Below, one piece after another: positions 47,195 to 55,726 of a stretch of DNA of 62,614 nucleotides. Position 1 is the first letter of the stretch; every line of letters starts with the position of its first letter. Both the position numbers and the translations under genes were made by a program. The notes below the pieces were generated by a model that was not told where the DNA came from, made no database searches, and was given only the letters and a program-made list of their open reading frames with translations. Source of the stretch: Candidatus Sabulitectum sp. (lineage in GTDB: Bacteria; Fermentibacterota; Fermentibacteria; Fermentibacterales; JCC-6); the NCBI GenBank assembly GCA_029938555.1, contig JAOZUR010000009.1, positions 1 to 62,614 of the forward strand. Direction: 5' to 3'.

Positions 47195-47625
47195 AACTAA
47201 TACTAGTCACGACTTTTTTAATTCTACTGAGTACTTCCTCTTTCGGGCAGGGTGCCTCTATGGAGGGTGGTCGGTTGATTCTAGAAGAGATAACAATTCA
47301 AGGTGAGTTGCGAGCTCCTCAGGCTTTGTTTCTTATGCTGAAATCAGTTCCAGATTTAAGTAATGTTTTGTTGGAAAGAAGCTTTCTTGAAGATGTTGTG
47401 AGACCAATTTACCCAGGAGCTTTTGCAACCGAAACTAGTTTTTCTTTAGCGGCAAGGGAATCGAATGCGATGCCCATGTATATTCGCTATGGAACTGTAG
47501 GTATATTAGGAAGCCTTAGCGCTTGGAAATATATAGAAGGAGATGAAAATACTGGAATGACTTTTGCTATAATGGCAGGACTGGATTTAGTAGGTAATTT
47601 GTTGTATGACTTAATAGGTCAATAA
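47191..47625 (+). CDS. Small secreted/membrane-anchored hypothetical protein (144 aa)
   Basis: The GTG start overlaps the TPR gene stop (GTGA). Signal peptide MKLILVTTFLILLSTSSFGQG. C-terminal hydrophobic helix MTFAIMAGLDLVGNLLYDLIG. Confidence 0.5.
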   Translation: MKLILVTTFLILLSTSSFGQGASMEGGRLILEEITIQGELRAPQALFLMLKSVPDLSNVLLERSFLEDVVRPIYPGAFATETSFSLAARESNAMPMYIRYGTVGILGSLSAWKYIEGDENTGMTFAIMAGLDLVGNLLYDLIGQ

Positions 47626-47657
47626 AGTATATCACGGTTTTAGAGAGGAGTCCTTAG

Positions 47658-48524
47658 ATGGCTAAAAAAATGTTTCCTTTAATGCTAGCTCTTTTGATTT
47701 TTGTATTTTCTGGTTCTGTATTTGCACAGGATGCAGCAGATGGAACTGATACCACAACCGTTGCAGAAGGTGATTCGGCAGTTGTTACAGATTCTACTTT
47801 AGTTGATACAGCAGCAGTTGTTGACGATACAGAACTTGAAGACGAGATGGAAGCCACTGAAGAAGAAGCAGAAGAAGAAGTTAAACTCAGTTTCTTTGCA
47901 GCATTTGCTAAATTCTTCCGTGAAGGTGGAGCAGCAATGCCTTTCATTCTCTTCTTCTTTGCAGTTGGTTTGGTAATCTTTGTTGAAAGAATAATTTTCC
48001 TTTTTGGAACAGCAAGTGCAAAACCGGAAGCTTTAATGGCTAAGATCGCCTCTCTTATTCGTAAAGGAAGCATTGAAGGAGCTATTGCAGCCACTAGTGA
48101 AGAAAAATCGCCACTTTCCAAAATTGTCGAGGCTGCTTTAAGAAATTATAAAGGAACTGAGCGTGATATACAAAATGCCGTTGATGAAATGGCTCTTGCT
48201 GAACTTCCTAGAATAAACGCTAGAATTGGTTACCTTGGCATGCTTGCAAACGTTTCTACAATGGTAGGACTGTTGGGAACTATTTTCGGATTGATTGCAG
48301 CTTTCGCTGCGGTTGCAGCTGCCGATCCAGAGCAAAAAGGTGTCCTTCTTGCAAACGGTATTTCCATGGCAATGAATACAACTGCATTTGGTCTAATCGC
48401 CGCAATTCCAATGCTTGTAGCCCATTCAGTTCTAACAGCCAAAGCAGACAGCCTTGTTGATGACATAGATCGCTATAGCGTTATGGTTATGAATATGCTC
48501 GCACAGGCCAGAAGGGAAGCCTAA
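47658..48524 (+). CDS. MotA/TolQ/ExbB-family proton channel with a signal peptide and an acidic N-terminal extension
   Basis: The core reads GYLGMLANVSTMVGLLGTIFGLIAAF...LANGISMAMNTTAFGLIAAIPMLVAHSVL. The N-terminus has signal-like MFPLMLALLIFVFSGSVFA followed by a T/D/E-rich stretch of about 55 aa. Confidence 0.9.
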   Translation: MAKKMFPLMLALLIFVFSGSVFAQDAADGTDTTTVAEGDSAVVTDSTLVDTAAVVDDTELEDEMEATEEEAEEEVKLSFFAAFAKFFREGGAAMPFILFFFAVGLVIFVERIIFLFGTASAKPEALMAKIASLIRKGSIEGAIAATSEEKSPLSKIVEAALRNYKGTERDIQNAVDEMALAELPRINARIGYLGMLANVSTMVGLLGTIFGLIAAFAAVAAADPEQKGVLLANGISMAMNTTAFGLIAAIPMLVAHSVLTAKADSLVDDIDRYSVMVMNMLAQARREA

Positions 48525-49084
48525 TGGCAAAGGCAGCGTCCGGGCGAAGCAGAAAAATAAAACATGATCCGGAAATTGATCTTCTTCCGGTAATGAATTT
48601 ATTCTGTTGTATAATCCCGTTCTTACTGTTCAGTGCTACATTTCTGGAAGTAGTTGTAATTGAAATGGCTTCCACTGAAGGTATTAGTAATAATGGAGCT
48701 GGTGCTACGGCTAACCTTATGCGTTCAGAGGAAGACAGATTGCAGCCTAAAATAATCATAACAGAGCAGGAAATGTTTATTGGTACAGTAGGTGGAACTA
48801 TTCATGTAGGTTATGCTTTTGATTTAGATATGGATGGAGAAACTGTAGTTACTTTTCCTTGGGATTCTCTGTCAATTAAATTAACAGAAGCTCATGATTT
48901 TTTGTCTGAAACTTACCCGCAAATCGATTTTCATAAAATTACTGTTTTAACCGTTGAAGAAACGCGTTATGATAATATTATTAGCGCAATTGATATTGCG
49001 ATTGCCACAGGTTTTGATCAACCAGGACTTCAAGTTGCACCAACTGCTTTAGTGAATTCTGCCATGGCTGGAGGTGGTAACTGA
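48524..49084 (+). CDS. ExbD/TolR-family protein, divergent paralog with Asn at the conserved TM Asp position
   Basis: TAATG overlap with the channel gene. The TM segment EIDLLPVMNLFCCIIPFLLF aligns on the conserved Pro with E. coli ExbD INVTPFIDVMLVLLIIFM, which puts N where D25 sits. The periplasmic domain is longer. Confidence 0.7.
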   Translation: MAKAASGRSRKIKHDPEIDLLPVMNLFCCIIPFLLFSATFLEVVVIEMASTEGISNNGAGATANLMRSEEDRLQPKIIITEQEMFIGTVGGTIHVGYAFDLDMDGETVVTFPWDSLSIKLTEAHDFLSETYPQIDFHKITVLTVEETRYDNIISAIDIAIATGFDQPGLQVAPTALVNSAMAGGGN

Positions 49085-49626
49085 TGGGAGCACCCTCTAA
49101 ACGACATGTTCCGGTGATACTTGGTTCCGGAAAATCTATGGCTGTTTCGCGAGGTGGAGACAAAAAAGTAACACTAAATCTAACATCTATGATTGATATG
49201 TTTACAATTTTGCTCGTTTTTCTTTTGAAAAGCTACTCTGCTGATGGTCAGATGGTAACTGTTAGCGATCAGCTCGTTTTGCCTAAGGCAGAGATTGAGC
49301 AGAAGGTTGAACTTAAGTTGGAAATACAAGTCAATAATTCTGTAATTATTGTTGATGGAGACCCTGTGGTGACTGTAACTCCAGAACTTCTTAGTTCTGG
49401 AAACTCGATTCCCGTTCTTGTTACTAGACTTCGTGATCATTTGGAATACTCCAGACAATCTAGAGGTACACTTACTGAGGATGACATGAAAGTCAATATC
49501 CAGGGAGATGTGGGTATGCCGGCAATTCTTCTGCAACGCGTGATGGCAAGTTGCTCAGAAGCTGGTTATTCCGGGCAAAACCTGGCTGTGATTAAGCTCG
49601 TCCCCAGCGAAGGTGGTGAAAACTGA
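49084..49626 (+). CDS. ExbD/TolR-family protein (canonical TM Asp present)
   Basis: TGATG overlap with the preceding gene. LNLTSMIDMFTILLVFLL matches the ExbD/TolR TM signature, including the Asp. Confidence 0.85.
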   Translation: MGAPSKRHVPVILGSGKSMAVSRGGDKKVTLNLTSMIDMFTILLVFLLKSYSADGQMVTVSDQLVLPKAEIEQKVELKLEIQVNNSVIIVDGDPVVTVTPELLSSGNSIPVLVTRLRDHLEYSRQSRGTLTEDDMKVNIQGDVGMPAILLQRVMASCSEAGYSGQNLAVIKLVPSEGGEN

Positions 49627-51479
49627 TGGCAGACAATAAGAAAAAGATACTTGCAATTGCAGCCATGCGAGATGGTAAAGTTGTTACAAAATTGCTTCCT
49701 GGAGATAAAGCAATCACTATAGGAGCAGGATACAATAATAATATCTCGGTTGAAGCTCCTGGAATGCCTGATTCTATTGTACTGATAAAGCAAGTTCCAG
49801 ATTCTGATACTTGGGATTTGACTTTAACAGATACAATGGATGCACAAATTACTTCTAGCAATGGCTCGAAGATGCAATTCAGCGATCTTAAAGGGCTGGG
49901 AATATTCAATACAGATGAAGATGGTAATTTTGTATTGAAGGTAAATTATGGAGACCAGGGTGTTGTTAATGCAGGACCATTTGTTGTTCATTTCGGTTTT
50001 ATTGACCCTCCCAAAGTCGCAGCCAAAAAAACAGCTCCTAAAAAGAAAGTTGTTAAAAAGGTAGAAGAAGCTGTTGTTGTTCCTGATAAAAGAATGCTAA
50101 AGTTAAGTATTGAAGACTCGTCAGGTAGAAGAGATATTTTCCCTAATGCAGGCATTATGACAATTGGGCAGGCAGAGTACAATACTATCTCTGTCAAGAA
50201 CAATAAATTGCCCAGAATACATACACTTCTTGAACCATCAGATAATAATAAATATATTCTCAGGCTTGTCCCTGAAATCAAAGGTGGGGTCGAGGTTAAA
50301 GGTAGTGTAATTCCTTTTTCAACCCTAATTGAACGAAACCTTTTAAAGCAGGAAAAACCGGGGGATCCTTTTATTTGGATTTTTGACAGAAATGTTTCTG
50401 GTGTTTTTACTTTAGCAAATACTGAAGTATTCTTTAGCTTTGCAGAGCCTCCAGCCGAATTTTTTAAACCAAAACCTAAGCCAGTTGTAAAAAAAGTAAA
50501 ACTCAAACCTTCTGTTTACAATTGGAAAAGTTTTGCAGCAAGGCCGCATGAGTTACTTTCATTTAACTCTGAAAATTCGGAAAACGCACGATTTAAAATG
50601 TTTTTAGGAATTGGTCTAGCTGCTGCTCTTTTGATGGGTGCGGTTACCGATAGATTAATTGTGGTTGTTAAGGAATCAAAAACGCAGATGCTTAGAAATG
50701 CACCAAGCGCTAGAGCTGTTCAACTTGCAGAAACTCCTCCTGCTTCCGAAGCAGGAATGGGAGAGGAAATTGTAAGTGATGTGCCTGTAGCCGAAATTGC
50801 AAATACCGGTGGAGCCACATCTGGTGCTTCTGAAGCTCCTGCCGGCGGTGGAGCTGCAGAAGGAGCAAGCGCAGCGAATGATGTATTAAGTAGCATTGGT
50901 TTTGCTGCTTATGGTACAGGTTCTGCAGGTGGTGGTGCAGGTTTTATTGGTGATCTACAAAGTGCTGCTTCATCTGGAACAGGACTGGCCTCGGGGCAAA
51001 GCGGAGAAGCTTTGATTGCTGGTGCCGGCTCTGGTGGCTCTGGCGGTATTGGTGGCCTTGCCGGTGCCGGTGGTGGAGTTGCTGCTTCAGCAGGTACAGT
51101 TAGTGCTAGTGATATGCAGGCTGTACATCAGGCTGCTCAGGTCACATTCACTCCAAGTGCTCCTCAAGAGGCTCTTGATCTTGCAGGAAGAGATATGAGT
51201 TCCATTAGACGCAAAATTAATCAGATCAAAATGCGCGTGCAATCTGCTTATGAAGGTCTACTTAGGAATGATCCAGGTGCAAGTGGAACTATTACAATTA
51301 GTTTCTCTATCACACCAAGTGGTTCAGTTACAGGTGTTTCAGTCAGTTGCCCAGGGTCTTTAGCTGGGTTGCAGGGTTCAGTAACTGCTGCTGTCAATTC
51401 ATTGAATTTTGGTTCTGCTCCTCAGCAGACCAGTAACATACCGGTATCAGTTCCGTTTAACTTGGTACCGCCTCAGTAG
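49626..51479 (+). CDS. TonB-C / AgmX-PglI-like C-terminal domain protein with two N-terminal FHA-like modules, one TM helix and a Gly/Ala/Ser-rich spacer
   Basis: TGATG overlap with the preceding gene. The duplicated modules end in VVHFGFIDPP+KVAAKKTAPKKKVVKKV and VFFSFAEPP+AEFFKPKPKPVVKKVKLKP. The TM helix is FKMFLGIGLAAALLMGAVTDRLIVV. The C-terminus is VQSAYEGLLRNDPGASGTITISFSITPSGSVTGVSV...VNSLNFG...VSVPFNL. Confidence 0.7.
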   Translation: MADNKKKILAIAAMRDGKVVTKLLPGDKAITIGAGYNNNISVEAPGMPDSIVLIKQVPDSDTWDLTLTDTMDAQITSSNGSKMQFSDLKGLGIFNTDEDGNFVLKVNYGDQGVVNAGPFVVHFGFIDPPKVAAKKTAPKKKVVKKVEEAVVVPDKRMLKLSIEDSSGRRDIFPNAGIMTIGQAEYNTISVKNNKLPRIHTLLEPSDNNKYILRLVPEIKGGVEVKGSVIPFSTLIERNLLKQEKPGDPFIWIFDRNVSGVFTLANTEVFFSFAEPPAEFFKPKPKPVVKKVKLKPSVYNWKSFAARPHELLSFNSENSENARFKMFLGIGLAAALLMGAVTDRLIVVVKESKTQMLRNAPSARAVQLAETPPASEAGMGEEIVSDVPVAEIANTGGATSGASEAPAGGGAAEGASAANDVLSSIGFAAYGTGSAGGGAGFIGDLQSAASSGTGLASGQSGEALIAGAGSGGSGGIGGLAGAGGGVAASAGTVSASDMQAVHQAAQVTFTPSAPQEALDLAGRDMSSIRRKINQIKMRVQSAYEGLLRNDPGASGTITISFSITPSGSVTGVSVSCPGSLAGLQGSVTAAVNSLNFGSAPQQTSNIPVSVPFNLVPPQ

Positions 51480-51493
51480 TAAAGAATAACTTG

Positions 51494-51514
51494 CAGGGAA
51501 GTTTTACTTCCCTG
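51494..51514 (+). terminator. Hairpin immediately downstream of the operon
   Basis: A 9-bp stem pairs cagggaagt with acttccctg around a 3-nt loop, 15 nt after the stop codon. Confidence 0.5.
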
Positions 51515-51525
51515 TGGTAATCTAT

Positions 51526-51560
51526 AAAAAAGAGCCGCAGGACATCCTGCGGCTCTTTTT
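51526..51560. terminator. Bidirectional rho-independent terminator (operon end / groEL end)
   Basis: An 11-bp stem pairs agagccgcagg with cctgcggctct around the loop acat. It is flanked by A5 on the 5' side and T5 on the 3' side. Confidence 0.85.
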
Positions 51561-51578
51561 ATAACTATTGAACTGGAA

Positions 51579-53213
51579 CTAGTACATTCCGCCCATTCCA
51601 CCCATACCGCCATCACCAGCTGGCATGGCTTTTTCAGGCTCTGGAATCTCTACGATAATTGCTTCTGTCGTAAGAAGAAGCCCAGCAATTGAACTAGCAT
51701 TCTGAAGTGCACTTCTAGTCACTTTTGTTGGGTCTACAATTCCTGCTTCAAACATATCAACATATTCATTAGTTGCTACATTAAGTCCCATTGAGCTTTC
51801 CATACCACGAACTTTCTCTACGACTATAGCGCCTTCAAGTCCAGCATTGAAAACAAGCTGACGCAGAGGTGCAGAAAGTGAACGAAGAATAATGCTTGCT
51901 CCAACTTTTTCGTCACCCTGAAGCTCAAGAGCCTCTATAGCTTTTTCACAGCGAATAAGAGCAGTACCACCACCTGGTACTATTCCTTCTTCAACAGCAG
52001 CACGGGTTGCATGAAGAGCATCTTCAACTCTTGCTTTCTTTTCTTTCATTTCGGTTTCAGTTGCAGCACCTACGTTGATCCTGGCAACTCCACCTGCGAG
52101 TTTGGCAAGTCTTTCCTGAAGTTTTTCGCGATCGTAATCACTTGTAGTATCTTCAATCTGACGACGAATCTGAGTAACACGGCCTTTAATATCGTCTGTA
52201 CTTCCGCCACCCTCGATAATAGTAGTATTGTCTTTATCGATTTTTACAATGCCGCAAGTTCCTAGATCATCAATGGTAACGCTTTCAAGTTTGATTCCAA
52301 GGTCTTCAGTTACAGAGCGGCCACCTGTAAGAATGGCGATGTCTTCAAGCATTGCTTTGCGACGATCTCCATATCCAGGAGCTTTTACAGCAGCAATCTG
52401 AAGCATACCACGAACTTTATTTACAACAAGCGTTGCAAGAGCTTCACCTTCGATGTCTTCAGCAATAATAAGAAGTGGGCGACCCTGCTGGGCTACCTTT
52501 TCAAGTACTGGAAGAAGATCTTTTACATTGCTGATTTTTTTCTCGTAGATGAGAATAAATGGCTTTTCAAGAACAACTTGCATTGTTTCAGGATCAGTCA
52601 CGAAGTAAGGACTAAGATAACCACGGTCGAACTGCATGCCCTCAACAACATCAAGAGTTGTCTCCATGGATTTGGCTTCTTCAACGCTGATTGTGCCGTC
52701 TTTGCCAACTTTTTCCATTGCATCACCAATGATTAATCCGATTTCAGGGTCATTGTTTGCACTGATGGTAGCAACCTGCTGGATCTCTTCTTTTCCACGA
52801 ACTTCTTTGCTAATTGTTTTAAGGTCTGTGATAACTGCTGTTACAGCAGCATCGATTCCTCGTTTAAGTGCCATAGGGCTTGCACCAGCTGTGACATTTC
52901 TGAGGCCTTCACGATAAATGGATTCTGCAAGAAGGGTTGCTGTTGTGGTTCCGTCACCGGCAACATCACTTGTTTTACTGGCAACTTCGCGAATAAGCTG
53001 TGCACCAATATTTTCGAACTTATCTGGAAGTTCAATTTCCTTGGCAACAGTAACGCCATCTTTGGTTATTGTTGGGCTGCCCCATTTTTTCTCAATGAGA
53101 ACATTACGGCCCTTTGGGCCCAGTGTAATTTTTACAGCTCTTGAAAGCTGCTCTACACCGGAAAGAATGGCGTGTCTGGCATCCTGATTAAATTTAAGTT
53201 CTTTGCCTGGCAT
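51579..53213 (-). CDS. groL: Chaperonin GroEL
   Basis: [18 protein letters not shown]..., [12 protein letters not shown], and the C-terminal [10 protein letters not shown] repeat. Confidence 0.97.
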   Translation of the reverse strand: MPGKELKFNQDARHAILSGVEQLSRAVKITLGPKGRNVLIEKKWGSPTITKDGVTVAKEIELPDKFENIGAQLIREVASKTSDVAGDGTTTATLLAESIYREGLRNVTAGASPMALKRGIDAAVTAVITDLKTISKEVRGKEEIQQVATISANNDPEIGLIIGDAMEKVGKDGTISVEEAKSMETTLDVVEGMQFDRGYLSPYFVTDPETMQVVLEKPFILIYEKKISNVKDLLPVLEKVAQQGRPLLIIAEDIEGEALATLVVNKVRGMLQIAAVKAPGYGDRRKAMLEDIAILTGGRSVTEDLGIKLESVTIDDLGTCGIVKIDKDNTTIIEGGGSTDDIKGRVTQIRRQIEDTTSDYDREKLQERLAKLAGGVARINVGAATETEMKEKKARVEDALHATRAAVEEGIVPGGGTALIRCEKAIEALELQGDEKVGASIILRSLSAPLRQLVFNAGLEGAIVVEKVRGMESSMGLNVATNEYVDMFEAGIVDPTKVTRSALQNASSIAGLLLTTEAIIVEIPEPEKAMPAGDGGMGGMGGMY

Positions 53214-53225
53214 TATAATTTCTCC

Positions 53226-53525
53226 TTAATTTTCTATTACAGCGAGAATATCATCTTCGCGGATGATTACTAGGTCTTCGCCGTTGACTTTAACCTCTGT
53301 ACCAGAGTATTTACCTATAAGAATCATATCTCCTACTTTAACCACTGGAGCTACGAATTCACCGGAATCATTACGCCTTCCCTGGCCTACAGCAACAACG
53401 GTTCCTTCAAGTGGTTTTTCTTTTGCAGTATCAGGGATAACTATTCCACCCATAACAACTTCTTTTGCCTCTTCACGACGAACAATAATTCTGTCGAATA
53501 GCGGTCTTACTTTCAATTCAGCCAC
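53226..53525 (-). CDS. groS: Co-chaperonin GroES
   Basis: [19 protein letters not shown]...[24 protein letters not shown] start with an AAAGGAG RBS. Confidence 0.95.
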   Translation of the reverse strand: MAELKVRPLFDRIIVRREEAKEVVMGGIVIPDTAKEKPLEGTVVAVGQGRRNDSGEFVAPVVKVGDMILIGKYSGTEVKVNGEDLVIIREDDILAVIEN

Positions 53526-53623
53526 GTGTTTCTCCTTTCAAAGAGAATTGTTTAGTAAACGTTGAACTTTTGTTAAAAGCAATATCTGTGCCAATTGAAT
53601 TTTACAAGGCTAAAAAAGATGCA

Positions 53624-53654
53624 ATATGTTGCAGCGTAAAGACAAATGTTCAAG
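53624..53654 (-). promoter_or_regulatory. Candidate heat-shock (sigma-32-like) promoter upstream of groES
   Basis: The minus strand reads CTCCTTGAAC, 16 nt, then CAACATAT, which resembles CTTGAA-N-CCCCATNT. The small palindrome TGCAA-CATA-TTGCA overlaps the -10 element. A sigma-70-like TTGTAA-17-TATTGC lies closer to the gene. Confidence 0.25.
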
Positions 53655-53797
53655 GAGTATTTCTTAGGACAAGTGAGGTAATTTGCATAATTAGATGTGT
53701 GTGCCAGTTTGACGCATAAGTAAAGTCGTGTATGGATTCTCAGTTTAATATATTCCAGCATCATGATTATTTTGAATACATAAACTGGGAGGTGGCA

Positions 53798-55294
53798 ATG
53801 TCCACGAAAATAATAATTGGTATCAACGGATCAAATCTGTCTCAGGTAAGGCATATTATTAATGGTGCCTCGTATGAGTTGAGCACGGAAGCAGTTAGCG
53901 CCATAAAAACAGCTAGATGTAAAATTGAGAAGCTTCTAAATTCAGGAAAACCAATCTATGGAGTTAACACAGGATTTGGCAGACTTGCTAGTACAGTAGT
54001 TAGTAGTGATGAATTGGGACTACTTCAACGGAATCTTTTGTTAAGTCACGCATGTAGTACAGGTAGATTGTTTAGTCCTCAAATCGTTCGAATTATGATT
54101 TTCTTGCGGGTGGTATCCCTTGCTAGAGGACGTAGTGGAATCAGGCTAGAAACTGTTAATGCTTTGGTAAAACTTGGAAATAGTTCTTTTATGCCAGCGG
54201 TTCCTTCCCAAGGATCTCTTGGAGCCTCCGGTGATCTTGCTCCTTTATCACACATGTGTTTACCGATTTTAGGTGAGGGAGAGTGTATTGATCAGTATGG
54301 GCAAAGCTTTACAGGGGCAGAGGTTCTTAAGAAAATAGGAATCACAGCAGTAGAGCTAGAAGCAAAAGAAGGATTGGCACTTATTAATGGTACGCAGGCA
54401 ATGACAGCACTTTTGTGTTCCGCAGTACTGGATTCTCAGCGATTAATGGATGCAGCAGATGCAACAGCAGCCATAACTCTAGAGGCATTGCTTGGTACTG
54501 ACGCTGCACTTGACCCTGAGCTTATCGGTCTACGTCCGCATCCAGGAGCTTTAGAGTCAGCTGTATTTATTGGAAAACATTTACAGGATTCAGAAATTCT
54601 TCATAGTCATCCTTCGTGTGGAAAGGTTCAAGATGCATATTCACTAAGGTGCACACCTCAGGTTCATGGAGCATCAAGGGACGCCTTGAAGTACATAAAA
54701 ACTACTTTGGAAAGGGAATTGCAGGCTGTTACAGATAATCCTCTTCTTATGGAAGATGGCCGTGCTGTCAGTGGTGGAAATTTTCATGGGCAACCATTGG
54801 CCCTTGCTGCCGATCATTTAAAAATAACAGTTGCAGAACTGGCAAATATTTCTGAAAGAAGAACCGAGCGACTTCTTAATCCAGATCTTAGTGGTCTTCC
54901 TGCATTTCTTTCTCCAGCACCTGGTACTAATTCAGGATTGATGATAGCTCAGTATACTTCTGCTTCATTAGTAAGTGAGAACAAAGTTCTTGCACATCCG
55001 GCAAGTGTAGATAGCATTTCCGTTAGCGGTTGCCAGGAAGATCATGTTAGCATGGGTACAACAGCAGCAAGGCAAGCCATGGAAATTGTTCGCAATAGCT
55101 GTCATGTTCTGGCAACAGAGCTTGTTTCTGCTGTGCAAGCACATAGATTATTAAATAGAGGTAAAATGGGAATAGGTACCCAAAGAACATTTAACACTGT
55201 AGCTTCGGTTTTCCCACCTTTAGACAAAGACAGACAGTTTGTTGGAGATATTGAAGCAGTTGCCTGCTTGATCAGAGAAGGAAACATCTGTTAA
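53798..55294 (+). CDS. hutH: Histidine ammonia-lyase
   Basis: Canonical strings YGVNTGFG, NLLLSHACSTG (Ser-His selectivity pair), GSLGASGDLAPLSH, QDAYSLRCTPQVHG and CQEDHVSMG. I prefer ATG 53798 with GGGAGG 6 nt upstream over the ORF-track start at 53732. Confidence 0.9.
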   Translation: MSTKIIIGINGSNLSQVRHIINGASYELSTEAVSAIKTARCKIEKLLNSGKPIYGVNTGFGRLASTVVSSDELGLLQRNLLLSHACSTGRLFSPQIVRIMIFLRVVSLARGRSGIRLETVNALVKLGNSSFMPAVPSQGSLGASGDLAPLSHMCLPILGEGECIDQYGQSFTGAEVLKKIGITAVELEAKEGLALINGTQAMTALLCSAVLDSQRLMDAADATAAITLEALLGTDAALDPELIGLRPHPGALESAVFIGKHLQDSEILHSHPSCGKVQDAYSLRCTPQVHGASRDALKYIKTTLERELQAVTDNPLLMEDGRAVSGGNFHGQPLALAADHLKITVAELANISERRTERLLNPDLSGLPAFLSPAPGTNSGLMIAQYTSASLVSENKVLAHPASVDSISVSGCQEDHVSMGTTAARQAMEIVRNSCHVLATELVSAVQAHRLLNRGKMGIGTQRTFNTVASVFPPLDKDRQFVGDIEAVACLIREGNIC

Positions 55295-55318
55295 GACACA
55301 AAAGAATGAATAGTTCAA

Positions 55319-55726
55319 TCAGTAAAGCCCTGGATCCCTTGCAGGTGAAGGGGCAGCGCCTATTCCTTCTTCGCCAAAGCCCATTTCTTCCAGTTCCTGT
55401 TCAATTTTTTCAGGATCCTCGCCGTTTTCAAGTCTTCCAAGTGCATGTTCCAGTTCAGGTCCCAGATCCTCACCCATTTCATCTGCCATTTTACGAACAG
55501 CTCTTGCCATTGACTTGGGATCATTCTCGTTAATGTCTGCCATATCAGATGCCATATCTTCGTCAGAAGTGGATTTTGAAGAAGTGGTTGAAAACTGACT
55601 CATGATTCGTTCAAGATCACTAGTATTACACTTAGGGCAGGAAAGGTCCTGAGATTTTCTGTTACCTCTCATAAGAAACTGATATATTGTATCACATGTT
55701 GTGCAGTAGTACTCATAAATTGGCAT
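55319..55726 (-). CDS. FmdB-family zinc-ribbon protein with an acidic C-terminal tail
   Basis: MPIYEYYCTTCDTIYQFL...LSCPKCNTSDLERI is a CxxC...CxxC ribbon with the typical MPIYEY start. I prefer ATG 55726 over the ORF-track start at 55768. Confidence 0.75.
   Translation of the reverse strand: MPIYEYYCTTCDTIYQFLMRGNRKSQDLSCPKCNTSDLERIMSQFSTTSSKSTSDEDMASDMADINENDPKSMARAVRKMADEMGEDLGPELEHALGRLENGEDPEKIEQELEEMGFGEEGIGAAPSPARDPGLY

Noticed and set aside
47654-48121. 155-aa antisense ORF opposite the ExbB-like gene. Similar long shadow ORFs occur at 49988-50506, 24131-24592, 13788-14168, 32670-33050, 6378-6830 and 20738-21106.
   Set aside because: Each lies entirely inside a strongly supported gene on the other strand or in another frame. 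Their translations are low-complexity or compositionally odd mirror images (for example Ser/Ala runs opposite an acidic tract), and none has an RBS. They are typical shadow ORFs.
41667-51479. Interpretation of the operon as a canonical Tol-Pal cluster (tolQ-tolR-tolA-tolB-pal-cpoB).
   Set aside because: CpoB-like TPR units and TolQ/TolR/TolA-like parts are present. There is no TolB beta-propeller and no Pal/OmpA-like lipoprotein. There are two ExbD/TolR paralogs, the TPR protein is more than 1500 aa, and the TolA-position protein has FHA-like modules. The gene order and content do not fit Tol-Pal.
53526-53797. I looked for a CIRCE (HrcA) operator, TTAGCACTC-N9-GAGTGCTAA, upstream of groES.
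   Set aside because: No match or near match is present on either strand. Only a short 5-bp palindrome (TGCAA-CATA-TTGCA) and sigma-32-like/sigma-70-like hexamers are visible, so no CIRCE feature is reported.
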